From Candidatus Caldarchaeales archaeon (GTDB lineage Archaea > Thermoproteota > Nitrososphaeria_A > Caldarchaeales > Wolframiiraptoraceae), in NCBI GenBank assembly GCA_039630055.1, contig JBCNVN010000001.1, positions 164,746 through 228,745 of the forward strand: a DNA stretch of 64,000 bases. The letters are read 5' to 3'. The position numbers and the translations under genes are program-made. Every line of letters starts with the position of its first letter. Within the stretch, counting starts at the first letter, position 1. This document shows positions 1 through 9,255 of this stretch, in pieces. Below the pieces are notes generated by a model. That model saw only the letters and a program-made list of their open reading frames with translations. It did not search any database and was not told the DNA's origin.

Positions 1-2
1 CT

Positions 3-362
3 TTTATCGCATGCTTACCGGGCGTTCCAGCAGAATTGCAAAGTATATTCGAAGAAGAATTGCAGCCTATCATAATTAAGACTATTAGGAAGGTTTATAG
101 AGCTGATAGAGTACTCCGCATAAGAAGAATTGCAGAATCCAGCCTCGCCCCCAAGATTGAGGAACTAGTTAGAAGATATCCGGAAACCTATATCAAATCC
201 CATCCAAAATCGATAGAAGCGGGAATCTCTAGAATAGAGATCCAGATCTCTTCCATGGCAAATAGAGAGGTGCAGGCTATGAAGAGAGTAGAAGAAGTTG
301 AGAAGATTATTAGGAAAATCATAATGGAGATGGGTGGAGAGATTGAACCCCAAACTGAATAA
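3..362 (+). CDS. CinA-like/molybdopterin-binding domain protein, 5'-partial (truncated by window edge)
   Basis: Frame is open from position 3 and reads FIACLPGVPAELQSIF (LPGVPxE motif of the CinA/MoCF domain), followed by the archaeal C-terminal segment AESSLAP...YIKSHPK. Confidence 0.75.
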   Translation, partial: FIACLPGVPAELQSIFEEELQPIIIKTIRKVYRADRVLRIRRIAESSLAPKIEELVRRYPETYIKSHPKSIEAGISRIEIQISSMANREVQAMKRVEEVEKIIRKIIMEMGGEIEPQTE

Positions 363-433
363 TCATATCCTCGAAAATGCCAGTCGGATAAAAGCATATT
401 TTTATTTCTTAGGTTGGTATAATCTTAATCTAG

Positions 434-820
434 ATGAAGACTATAGATACGTTTAGGAACAGAACAGGAGAGTTTAAACAAGCGATAGTAGTTAGAAGCG
501 ACCTGAATATGAGTATTGGGAAGACCGCGGTTCAGGTAGCTCATGCATCTCTATCTGCTGCTGAAGAATGTAGAAGGATTCATCCAGAATGGTACGATAG
601 ATGGATTAGAGAAGGTCAGAAGAAGATAGTTCTAAAAGTCAGAGGCTCTCAGGCTCTCTACGACCTTTTTGGAAAAGCTAAAGATATGGATCTTCCAGTA
701 GCAATAATAGAAGATGCAGGATTGACAGAGCTAGAACCTGGAACGACAACCGCTCTAGGCATAGGTCCAGCACCCAATGAGAAGATAGATAAGATTACTG
801 GAAGCCTACCACTACTATAG
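434..820 (+). CDS. pth2: Peptidyl-tRNA hydrolase Pth2
   Basis: KQAIVVRSDLNMSIGKTAVQVAHA, GQKKIVLK, DAGLTELEPGTTTALGIGP motifs. Confidence 0.97.
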   Translation: MKTIDTFRNRTGEFKQAIVVRSDLNMSIGKTAVQVAHASLSAAEECRRIHPEWYDRWIREGQKKIVLKVRGSQALYDLFGKAKDMDLPVAIIEDAGLTELEPGTTTALGIGPAPNEKIDKITGSLPLL

Positions 821-889
821 CAAAATTATGATTCTATCCTCGTATTATTCTATCATGCTTATATTAGGATTAATCAAGTAGATTATTAG

Positions 890-2260
890 ATGGATGGCTA
901 TAAGCCTATACTAAGATCTCTTAAATCTACTGACATCGAGGAGTTTATTGGAATATCTAGATATATCTCTACTACAAAAGGTGTAGGAGGAATTATAAAA
1001 TCTAGAGTAGAGGATTTCATGATCTGGGAGGTCCTCCAGAGTGGAGAAGACTCTGTAAGAGTGTTTGAATCAAACCTTTTTAGAGGAGGTTATGGGGAAC
1101 AACTACTATGTGTGATGAAGAAAGTCAAGCTAGATTCTATTAGAGCTGTCAGTTTAATTGCTAAAACTTTAAAGATAAAGAGTGTTAATATAGGGTTATG
1201 TGGAATAAAAGATAAGGCGAGCATTAGTTGGCAGTATGTAACGATACCTGCAAATTTTTCAGGTTTTCCACAACCTTTTAAGATAAACAACTTCATAGAA
1301 GTCAAACCATTCAAATATGTTCCATACAAGGTCTCCCCACGTATGCTTTGGAAAAACGTCTTCAAGATAAAAATTAGAAGCCCAAAATACAACGACATAG
1401 AGTTAATCAATGAAACTATAAGAGAGTTAAGTTCTAAGGGTGTCCCAAACTATTATGGTCATCAACGTTTCGGTATAACTAGACCTATCACATCTATAGT
1501 TGGGAAACTTATAATTAAAGATAGATTAGAAGAAGCCGTATCTGCATTCCTCTCAGAATATTCTATTCTAGAAAGTAGTAGGAGTAGAGAAGTAAGGAGG
1601 ATGATAGCTGAATGCTGGAATTTGAAATGGGCTATAGAATCGATGCCTAAAAGCCTCGTTTATGAAGTGAAGATGATGAGATCTCTCATAGAGGATCCGG
1701 AAGATTATGTAAAATGTCTAAGAGTTCTGCCTCTGAGACTGAGAAGACTAATAGTCGAGTCTGTAGCCTCCGAGATATTCAACAAATCCCTTTCAAAGAT
1801 AATAGAAGAAGATAAATTCAATGAAGTAGAGGTTGGAGACTTAGTCTTATCTGTAGATCCTTTAGGACGTGTAAGAAGGGAGAGACCGATAATGGTTACC
1901 GAGAGAAATCTTAAACAGATTAGTGAGATGGTTAAAGACAAGAAGATGGTGGTGGTATTACCTGTTCCCGGCTATCTTTCACCGATACCTAGAAGTTCAA
2001 AGGGTGAGAAGCTACTAGCAGTAATGGAAGAAGAAGGAGTCACCTTTGATGATTTTAAAGTTAAAGCTCTTCCCGAGGCCTCTACTAAAGGTTCACTTAG
2101 ACCGATATCTATTCCATTCTGGAGTTTCTTTGTAGAGTCGATCAATGATGAGTCTATAAATATCGAACTATCCCTACCACCAAGCGCTTATGCGACGGTC
2201 TTCCTAAGAGAGATAATGAAGCCTGATAATCCATTAGCATATATTGGAATCGGTGGATAA
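890..2260 (+). CDS. truD: tRNA pseudouridine(13) synthase TruD
   Basis: GGIIKSRVEDF, GIKDKASISWQY (catalytic Asp), PNYYGHQRFG, LPPSAYATVFLRE. Confidence 0.95.
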   Translation: MDGYKPILRSLKSTDIEEFIGISRYISTTKGVGGIIKSRVEDFMIWEVLQSGEDSVRVFESNLFRGGYGEQLLCVMKKVKLDSIRAVSLIAKTLKIKSVNIGLCGIKDKASISWQYVTIPANFSGFPQPFKINNFIEVKPFKYVPYKVSPRMLWKNVFKIKIRSPKYNDIELINETIRELSSKGVPNYYGHQRFGITRPITSIVGKLIIKDRLEEAVSAFLSEYSILESSRSREVRRMIAECWNLKWAIESMPKSLVYEVKMMRSLIEDPEDYVKCLRVLPLRLRRLIVESVASEIFNKSLSKIIEEDKFNEVEVGDLVLSVDPLGRVRRERPIMVTERNLKQISEMVKDKKMVVVLPVPGYLSPIPRSSKGEKLLAVMEEEGVTFDDFKVKALPEASTKGSLRPISIPFWSFFVESINDESINIELSLPPSAYATVFLREIMKPDNPLAYIGIGG

Positions 2261-2425
2261 GTTGATTTATCGGATTAAGTATATAGGTATGACTTATCAG
2301 ATAGTTTATAACCTTAATATATAAAATATGTATTCAGGTATATCTTCATCTCAGTTCGGTCAACGTTTAACTGTTTCCACATAATTTATATCTATCTTCT
2401 ACCACTACTTGGGAGGATTGAGAAA

Positions 2426-3061
2426 TTGTATATAGAAAGAAGTAGGAATGCTTATCTAACATGGACAATAATATTTATTAATGTTATCATCTTCTTACTG
2501 GTCAATCTTAATCCAACCCTAGTCCTCTATCTCGGAGCAATACCGATCTATACAATTCTTCTGAGAGAGCCTTATAGATTGATAACATCTATGTTTACCC
2601 ATTACGATCCAGTCCACCTATTATTCAACATGTTTGCACTCTTTATATTCGGTCCAGACATAGAGAGAACAGTAGGCAAGACAAAGTATCTGGTCCTCTA
2701 CTTTATTAGTGGTTTGATAGCTGCATTCTTTCATGCATATTATGTATATATATTCTTTCCAATTAGAACTCTATTAACTACTCCGGCCATAGGTGCTTCC
2801 GGTGCAATCTATGGAATTATGGCCGCTTATGGTGTCTTGTTCCCATTGAGAAGATTAGTAGCCTTCATAGGTTTTCCAATAATGGCTCCAGCGATAATTG
2901 TAATCATTATCCTCGCATTAATCCAGACATTATATGCATTTGTTGCCCCATTCTCTCAAGTTGCCTATGCAGCTCATGTAGGAGGCTTCGTAGCAGGATT
3001 GATCATAACAATATTCTATAGACCAGGTTTAAAAAGGCCGACAATCACCCCATACTTTTAA
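2426..3061 (+). CDS. Rhomboid family intramembrane serine protease
   Basis: HLLFNM, GASGAIYG catalytic Ser motif, AHVGGF His motif, multiple TM segments. Confidence 0.95.
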   Translation: MYIERSRNAYLTWTIIFINVIIFLLVNLNPTLVLYLGAIPIYTILLREPYRLITSMFTHYDPVHLLFNMFALFIFGPDIERTVGKTKYLVLYFISGLIAAFFHAYYVYIFFPIRTLLTTPAIGASGAIYGIMAAYGVLFPLRRLVAFIGFPIMAPAIIVIIILALIQTLYAFVAPFSQVAYAAHVGGFVAGLIITIFYRPGLKRPTITPYF

Positions 3062-3137
3062 TACTTTTGGATACCAGATAAGGCTAAATTAGAGTTAGAG
3101 TAAATTTGAGATGAATAAACTAATAGAGGTCTGAGTC

Positions 3138-3797
3138 ATGGCTCTCGACCATTTCTGTTTCCTTAGGAGGCTACCTAAGAAGACAGGCATATTCGGGTAT
3201 ACTTTAGCGAACTCAAAGAGCATTTTAGAAAGTATAGTTGAAGAAGTTGTTCCAATTGAAGAGAGAGAAGAAGCGCTTAAAGAGTATGGTATTAACAAGC
3301 CTTTAAAGATCATAAAAGATGGAGAAGTCAATTATGTTATCCAAGTTATAAAGAACAATTCATTGGTACGGTATCTAGTTAACTGGGGTAGAATGGCCTC
3401 CCTATGGCCTGCCCATATAACGACTGCATGTTGTAGTGTAGAGTTTGGAGCGATATCTAGCTCGAGATACGATCCTGAGAGGTTCGGCTGGTTACCTGCC
3501 ACCGGCACACTCAGACAGTCTGATGTACTATTGATAGAGGGGACGGTGAATATTAAGATGGCTCAAAGGGTTCGAATGGTCTATGACCAGATGCCCAGTC
3601 CCAAATGGGTTATAGCTATGGGAGCATGCGCCATATCTGGAGGTCTATATGCTAAAGATTCATACAATGTAATTCAAGGGTTAAATGATATAGTGCCCGT
3701 AGATGTATACGTTCCAGGATGCCCTCCAAGACCAGAAGCATTATTCCAAGGATTATTGCTTCTAAGAGACAAGATCCTGAAGTCGAGGTTGGAGTAG
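3138..3797 (+). CDS. nuoB: NADH-quinone oxidoreductase (complex I-like) subunit B
   Basis: TACCSVE, YDQMPSPKWVIAMGACAISGG, VPVDVYVPGCPPRPE; true start codon uncertain. Confidence 0.93.
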   Translation: MALDHFCFLRRLPKKTGIFGYTLANSKSILESIVEEVVPIEEREEALKEYGINKPLKIIKDGEVNYVIQVIKNNSLVRYLVNWGRMASLWPAHITTACCSVEFGAISSSRYDPERFGWLPATGTLRQSDVLLIEGTVNIKMAQRVRMVYDQMPSPKWVIAMGACAISGGLYAKDSYNVIQGLNDIVPVDVYVPGCPPRPEALFQGLLLLRDKILKSRLE

Positions 3798-3798
3798 A

Positions 3799-4293
3799 AT
3801 GACATGGGAGAAGTTGAAGAAGATCATAGATGATTTAAAAGAGAAGTTTGGAGAGAAACTTGAAGCAGAGCTATATGTTGAGAAGAGGATAGCCAAGATC
3901 GTGGTAAAACCAGAATCCTTGATAGAGGTCGCTAGATATCTTCGAGATGTGCATGGATTCGACCATGTCAAGGGAGTTACAGGTGTTGATCTAATAAAGT
4001 TGAAGGAGGGAGGGGGACCGTATATAGAAGTAATCTATCATCTTGGGTCTCTAAACTCACCTGAACTCATAGATACGATAATGAACATTTCGATAAGATT
4101 AGATAGAGATAATCCTAAGACCAAGTCTCTGTATATGATCTGGCCTAGTGTTGAGTATCATGAGAGAGAAGTATATGAGATGCTGGGTGTAATCTTTGAA
4201 GACCATCCAAAACTTGAGAGACTTCTACTCCCCGAATACTGGATGGATATTCCTCCTCTTAGGAAAGAATACAAAATCCCGGGACGTGATTAG
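3799..4293 (+). CDS. nuoC: Complex I-like subunit C
   Basis: EREVYEMLGVIFEDHPKLERLLLP...PPLRKEY. Confidence 0.93.
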   Translation: MTWEKLKKIIDDLKEKFGEKLEAELYVEKRIAKIVVKPESLIEVARYLRDVHGFDHVKGVTGVDLIKLKEGGGPYIEVIYHLGSLNSPELIDTIMNISIRLDRDNPKTKSLYMIWPSVEYHEREVYEMLGVIFEDHPKLERLLLPEYWMDIPPLRKEYKIPGRD

Positions 4294-4295
4294 AT

Positions 4296-5516
4296 ATGGT
4301 GAGGGAAGAGAGGAAGATTGTTGAAGTATATGATACAGGAGGCCCAAGACTAACCTTCAGCTATGGCCCACAGCATCCTGGAACGGGACATTTTAGAATG
4401 ATCGTGACCGTTAGCGGTGACACCGTTATAGATCTCGAACCTGATCCAGGTTTTGTCCATAGGGGTAAAGAGAAGATGGGTGAGTATAAGACTTGGATTA
4501 CTAACATTCCACATCTAGAGAGACCTGCAATCCTCGATGCAGCAGGAATGATCATACCCTACTGTATTACCGTGGAGAAGCTTATGGGGGTCGAGATACC
4601 TGAGAGGGCAAAGTATCTTAGAACTATTGTAGCTGAATTGGATCGAATTGCAAGCCATCTCTACTGGTTCTCGCTGTACGGAGTATTTCTAGGACATACA
4701 ACCATGTTTCTATGGTGTGTAACTGATAGAGAGTACATTGTTGATTTAGCTCAATTGATAACTGGGCAGAGGTTTACTCATGCATACCCCGTGCCTGGAG
4801 GGGTGAGAAATGATGCTCCGAAAAATGTTCCGAGAGAGCTTATCAAAGAATTCAAGCTATACTATTCTAGACTTCTTGGTAGAGAGCCTAAGTCAGAAGA
4901 GCTTAATGAGGACTTCAAGAAATATCTGATGGCTGTTACAGACATGATGGATCATAGGCTTGAACACTACAATAACATGCTATTTAATAGTGAGATATTT
5001 ATTGAGAGGACGCGTAATGTAGGCGTATTGAAAAGAGAAGATGCGATTAGGCTCGGTGTAACCGGCATAACTCTTAGAGCATCTAATGTAAAATATGATA
5101 CTAGGATAATCGATCCATATGATGCCTATCCCTATCTAAATTTTGATATACCTGTAAGGACTGAGGGAGACTGTTATGCTAGAGCTATGGTTGGATTCCA
5201 GGAGATCAGGGAGAGCCTCAAGATCATTAGACAGGCTGTAGAGCAGATGCCTGATGGACCTGTAAAGCTTAAGCAGCATCCACTAGTTATCAAGGTCCCC
5301 AAAGGTGAATCTATTGGAAGAGCTGAAGCAGCAAGAGGAGAATTAATCTACTATATAGTTAGCGATGGAACAGATAGACCATATAGGCTTAGAATGATAA
5401 CCCCTAGCTTTAGACTACTTCCAGCTCTAAAACATCTAACCATCGGTAAGAGGATTGCAGATATACCGCCAACCTATTGGAGCTTAAACTATTGGCCAGT
5501 AGAAGCAGATAGATAG
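4296..5516 (+). CDS. nuoD: Complex I-like subunit D
   Basis: GPQHPGTGHFR, GFVHRGKEK, AELDRIASHL, EAARGE, C-terminal EADR; no NiFe-binding CxxC pairs. Confidence 0.93.
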   Translation: MVREERKIVEVYDTGGPRLTFSYGPQHPGTGHFRMIVTVSGDTVIDLEPDPGFVHRGKEKMGEYKTWITNIPHLERPAILDAAGMIIPYCITVEKLMGVEIPERAKYLRTIVAELDRIASHLYWFSLYGVFLGHTTMFLWCVTDREYIVDLAQLITGQRFTHAYPVPGGVRNDAPKNVPRELIKEFKLYYSRLLGREPKSEELNEDFKKYLMAVTDMMDHRLEHYNNMLFNSEIFIERTRNVGVLKREDAIRLGVTGITLRASNVKYDTRIIDPYDAYPYLNFDIPVRTEGDCYARAMVGFQEIRESLKIIRQAVEQMPDGPVKLKQHPLVIKVPKGESIGRAEAARGELIYYIVSDGTDRPYRLRMITPSFRLLPALKHLTIGKRIADIPPTYWSLNYWPVEADR

Positions 5517-5789
5517 TTCTCCATACTCTCTAATATTTTTCTCCCTACAAGAAAAGTATCGACCTTTCAAAATCTTCAAGACCTAAACTCAGAGTTTATG
5601 GATATTAATTTTTATACGGTCCTAAGCTATGGATTCCTATTCCCACTGAGAACTACTGTCCAAAAATCGTTACATCAAGCTCTTTTCCAGGTAAAACTTT
5701 AAGATAAACTATCAAGCCTAGTTAAAATCTATGAAAGACGAGATAGTTCTAGATATGATAATCTAAAATATCTAAGTTTTATTGATATG

Positions 5790-5914
5790 TAGCCCGGGCC
5801 GGATTCGAACCGGCGTCCCCGGGTATCTTCTCTCAGCGGCCGATGATCCAAAGCCCAGGATCCATGGCCCCCTATCCTTCCGACCAGCTTGTTTGGCCGC
5901 TAGACGACCGGGCT
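5790..5914 (-). tRNA. tRNA-Gln(UUG) with two introns (D-loop 21/22 at 5892-5864; canonical 37/38 at 5847-5825)
   Basis: Reverse complement reads AGCCCGG TC GTCT AGCGGCCAA [29 nt] GGAT C CTGGG CT TTG G [23 nt] A CCCGG GGAC GCCGG TTCGAAT CCGGC CCGGGCT A; all stems pair and both junctions form BHB-type helices. Confidence 0.92.
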
Positions 5915-6100
5915 CCACATCTAACAATCTAATGGTAGTTTTTGTATTTTTTGCTCTCTCAAATAATAGAAAGGAGACTCGATCTCTTTTAATCTATAAA
6001 GACTGAGATCATCCAACTTTTAACATATCTGTAAACCTCTCTTCTCAATGATACCGACCCCCATGATTTATATATGTGGAAGAATCCTTTTTGATCTAGA

Positions 6101-6430
6101 ATGAGTGGCAAATCTATATCTTCAACTATATCGATGCTCGAACTCTTCGAGAAGAAGATAGATGAGCTAATATCTGAGAGTCAGGTTTTTAGAGACAGGA
6201 TACTTGGGATAGCTGAAGAAGAATCCATAAAGATTAGAGAGAAGATAATCGCTGAGATTAGAGTTGAGATCGAGGAAAGTTTAAAAAAAGTTGAAGAAGA
6301 GGCTCAGAGAAAAGCTGATGAGATGCTAAAGAAAGCAGGTGAAGAAGCTGAGATGATAAAGAAGAAGCTTGAAGAAAGATTGGAAGAAGTAGTCGGCAAG
6401 GTTTTAAAGATGGTGCTTGGAGAATTATAG
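6101..6430 (+). CDS. A/V-type ATP synthase subunit H/G (peripheral stalk)
   Basis: 109-aa E/K-rich coiled coil directly upstream of subunit C. Confidence 0.75.
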   Translation: MSGKSISSTISMLELFEKKIDELISESQVFRDRILGIAEEESIKIREKIIAEIRVEIEESLKKVEEEAQRKADEMLKKAGEEAEMIKKKLEERLEEVVGKVLKMVLGEL

Positions 6431-6432
6431 AG

Positions 6433-7494
6433 ATGTCTAGTGTTAAGCTGGGTAAATACTATTCGATAGCCCGCTCATATGCTCTGAAGGGAATGCTTTT
6501 AGAATTCTCCATATATGAAGACCTGGCCCGATCAAAGAACTTGGAAGAGTTCGTAGATAGATTGAGGACGACAGTCTACGGTCAAGCTCTAACAGAGGCT
6601 CCAAAGCCTCTGAATTCAGAGAACTTAGAAAAGATCTTTGAGAGGGACCTGATAGATGTAGAGTATTCTCTAATCAGATACATGTCTAAAGCAAAATTTT
6701 TAGAAACCTATTTTCTCCGATATGCCTATAAGAATCTAAAACTGATCTTAAAAGCAAAGGCTCAATTAACCACCTATGAAGAGGTATATTCAAAGATCAA
6801 TCTTAGAGCAGAGGAGCATCTAAGAATAAGAGACCTAATAGTAAAAGCATTAGCTGAAAAAGATTTGGAGACTGCTATCAAAACCCTCGAGGGAACGCCT
6901 ATCTATAGAGATCTAGAGTTCGCCTTGGAGGTTTATGGAAGAGAGAAAGATCTCCAAGTATTTGAGACATCTCTAGATAGATCATTCTATGAGAATCTTC
7001 TCCAATCTATTAAATTTGTGGATAGAGATGAGAAGAAGCCTTTAAAGTCGTTGATAGCCTACGAGATAGATGGATATCTTGTTACGACCGCCTTAAGATC
7101 AAGATTCTGGAATCTTACTCCAGCTGAAACTAGAAGATTCATGATCCAAAGTGGAATAAAACTCGATAGTAAAAAGCTTGAGAGAATGATACAGGCAACT
7201 AAGATAGATGAGGTTCTAATGGTTTTGGAGGATACTGACTACCAGCGTATTATAGGCATGGTGGACCCCTCCCAGATACTAAAGACTATAAACATCGTAG
7301 ATTCATGGTTTAGAGAAGAATTGATAAAGAGAGCGAAGAGAACTTTCTTAGAGAATATCTTCAGCCAAGCCGTCGTCTATTCCTTCATTAAGCTTAAAGA
7401 GATAGAGGTTAGAAATCTATCAGCATTGGCCTTCGGAATAGAGTACGGCCTACCTCCATCAGAGATACTCGCAAACGTGAAGAGGGTAATTTAA
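6433..7494 (+). CDS. A/V-type ATP synthase subunit C (vATP-synt_AC39 family)
   Basis: Length 353 aa; NLKLILKAK, ETSLDRSFY, KEIEVRNLSALAFGIEYGL motifs. Confidence 0.88.
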   Translation: MSSVKLGKYYSIARSYALKGMLLEFSIYEDLARSKNLEEFVDRLRTTVYGQALTEAPKPLNSENLEKIFERDLIDVEYSLIRYMSKAKFLETYFLRYAYKNLKLILKAKAQLTTYEEVYSKINLRAEEHLRIRDLIVKALAEKDLETAIKTLEGTPIYRDLEFALEVYGREKDLQVFETSLDRSFYENLLQSIKFVDRDEKKPLKSLIAYEIDGYLVTTALRSRFWNLTPAETRRFMIQSGIKLDSKKLERMIQATKIDEVLMVLEDTDYQRIIGMVDPSQILKTINIVDSWFREELIKRAKRTFLENIFSQAVVYSFIKLKEIEVRNLSALAFGIEYGLPPSEILANVKRVI

Positions 7495-7520
7495 AGAGAA
7501 CTAAAACCTCCGATTCCGAA

Positions 7521-7733
7521 ATGAAGCGTATTTACAAGGTAGTTGTCTGTAAAAATTGTGGGCATATGCAGATAACCTCTGCAAAAGATACTTATAGATG
7601 CTTCAAATGTAATCAGGTCGTTAAAATAGATATTGATAATGTTTTATTCAAGTCTATAGACCCATCTAAAGCAAGGGAGAGATTGATCTCACTTAAATCA
7701 CCTAAAGATAATGATAAGAAGATGAGCCTCTAG
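7521..7733 (+). CDS. Small zinc-ribbon protein (DUF1922-like)
   Basis: CKNCG...YRCFKCN two-CxxC ribbon. Confidence 0.65.
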   Translation: MKRIYKVVVCKNCGHMQITSAKDTYRCFKCNQVVKIDIDNVLFKSIDPSKARERLISLKSPKDNDKKMSL

Positions 7734-7827
7734 TCATCTGAGATTATCAAAGACCAGATTATTAAAGAGAGATATAGATATATTCTTTTTAATTACTTCT
7801 TATCTTAAGTTTGTAGAGTGTCCGTGT

Positions 7828-8028
7828 ATGAGGCTCGATTGGACGAAGCTGATACCTAAGCCTAGGTCCGCATTCCTACTAGTACAATGTAATGAGTGCG
7901 GACATAAACAAGTAGTCTTCGATTGTGCAAAATCCGAGGTACCATGTCAAGTATGTGGAGCAGTTATAGCGAAGCCTAAAGGTGGGAAAGCAGAAATCCT
8001 AGGTAAAGTGGTTGATAGATATGGCTGA
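7828..8028 (+). CDS. rps27e: 30S ribosomal protein S27e
   Basis: IPKPRSAFLLVQCNECGHKQVVF...CQVCG...PKGGKA. Confidence 0.97.
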   Translation: MRLDWTKLIPKPRSAFLLVQCNECGHKQVVFDCAKSEVPCQVCGAVIAKPKGGKAEILGKVVDRYG

Positions 8029-8815
8029 GCTAGAATCTCGTGAAGAGCCATCAGTCGGAGAAGCAGTTATCGGAATAGTGAAGACTGTGGATAAATTTGG
8101 AGTATATGTAAGTTTACTGGATTATCCTAGTTGGGAAGGATTCACCCATGTTTCAGAGATCTCCCTAAAATGGATTAGGAACATTAGAGAATATTTGAGG
8201 GAAGGTCAGAAAGAAGTATTCAAGATAATTAGGGTTAATCCACATCTACGTCAAGTAGACCTCTCATTGAGAAGGGTTGAGAAGAGGGAGAGAGAACAGA
8301 AGCTCCTAGACTGGAAGAGGGGGGAGAAGGCTCTACGTGTAATAAAAATACTAGCAGAGAAGACAGGGGTAAGTATAGATGAGTTAAAGAAGAAGATCGT
8401 TGAACCTGTCTCCAGTAGAGGTTTAAAGCTTTATGATTTTTTCCTTGAAGTACTGGAGTCTGAGACTCTACCTGAATGGCTTAAACTAGATGAGAACATA
8501 AGAAGCAAGCTTATTGAGATCGTTAAACAAGAAGTCAGACTAAAGAAGGTGGTCCTCAGAGGAGAGATAATACTAAGTTGTAGAAGGGGAGATGGTGTCG
8601 ATTATATAAGAAAAGCTATTGAGGAAGGATTGAAACTGGCTGAGAGAGGGGAATCGGTCAGTATAACGACGAAGGGATCTCCAAGATACATGATAAGAGT
8701 AGAAGCAGATATAGAGGATAGAGCGAGACAGTTACTGAAAGATGTAGCAGAGAAATGTATAGAGGTAATTAGAAGATATGGAGGTACCGGGGAGATGGTG
8801 GGGAAAGAAAGTTGA
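8012..8815 (+). CDS. eif2a: Translation initiation factor 2 subunit alpha
   Basis: S1 domain with HVSEISLKWIRNIRE and VDLSLRRV, plus GSPRY; start is probably the ATG at 8021. Confidence 0.95.
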   Translation: MIDMAELESREEPSVGEAVIGIVKTVDKFGVYVSLLDYPSWEGFTHVSEISLKWIRNIREYLREGQKEVFKIIRVNPHLRQVDLSLRRVEKREREQKLLDWKRGEKALRVIKILAEKTGVSIDELKKKIVEPVSSRGLKLYDFFLEVLESETLPEWLKLDENIRSKLIEIVKQEVRLKKVVLRGEIILSCRRGDGVDYIRKAIEEGLKLAERGESVSITTKGSPRYMIRVEADIEDRARQLLKDVAEKCIEVIRRYGGTGEMVGKES

Positions 8816-8985
8816 GATCACTTATAAAAAAATGTTCGAGATGTGGAAGATATACTATGAGAGATGATAAGTGTCCTTACTGTGGTGGAGAGGTTAGGTC
8901 AGCCCACCCTCTAAACATATCCTTAGACCATAGATATCTTTCTATGATAATTAATGCTCGGAAATCGGCTGTTGAACGGAAATAA
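8812..8985 (+). CDS. nop10: H/ACA RNP protein Nop10 (not in ORF track)
   Basis: TTG start overlaps the aIF2a stop; translation MRSLIKKCSRCGRYTMRDDKCPYCGGEVRSAHPLNISLDHRY...; conserved position after eif2a. Confidence 0.93.
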   Translation: MRSLIKKCSRCGRYTMRDDKCPYCGGEVRSAHPLNISLDHRYLSMIINARKSAVERK

Positions 8986-9255
8986 GAGCAAAACTTAAAA
9001 ATATTGTAATCAAGATAGGAAATGAATTATAAACTATAAAAGGAAGCTATGGAGTGTAAACGGGTTGTTAGACGGAAACTCCCAGGAAATCTACGGTAGA
9101 TTCTCCTCTCCAAAGACGGTATTTAAAATATCTAGGTTAGTTTTCCTTGAAGAGTATATAACTTGACACGTCTCCATATTCTTCAATATAAAGGAAGTTT
9201 ATAGGATACTGGGACAAGTTAATAACTAAGGAGTACTGTTTAAAGTTGGGAGATA

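Noticed and set aside
4296-5516. Group 4 [NiFe]-hydrogenase large subunit
   Set aside because: Both CxxC metal-binding motifs are absent (ERPAILD; WPVEADR), and the small subunit has the complex I CC motif
5782-6006. 74-aa plus-strand ORF
   Set aside because: Antisense shadow of tRNA-Gln
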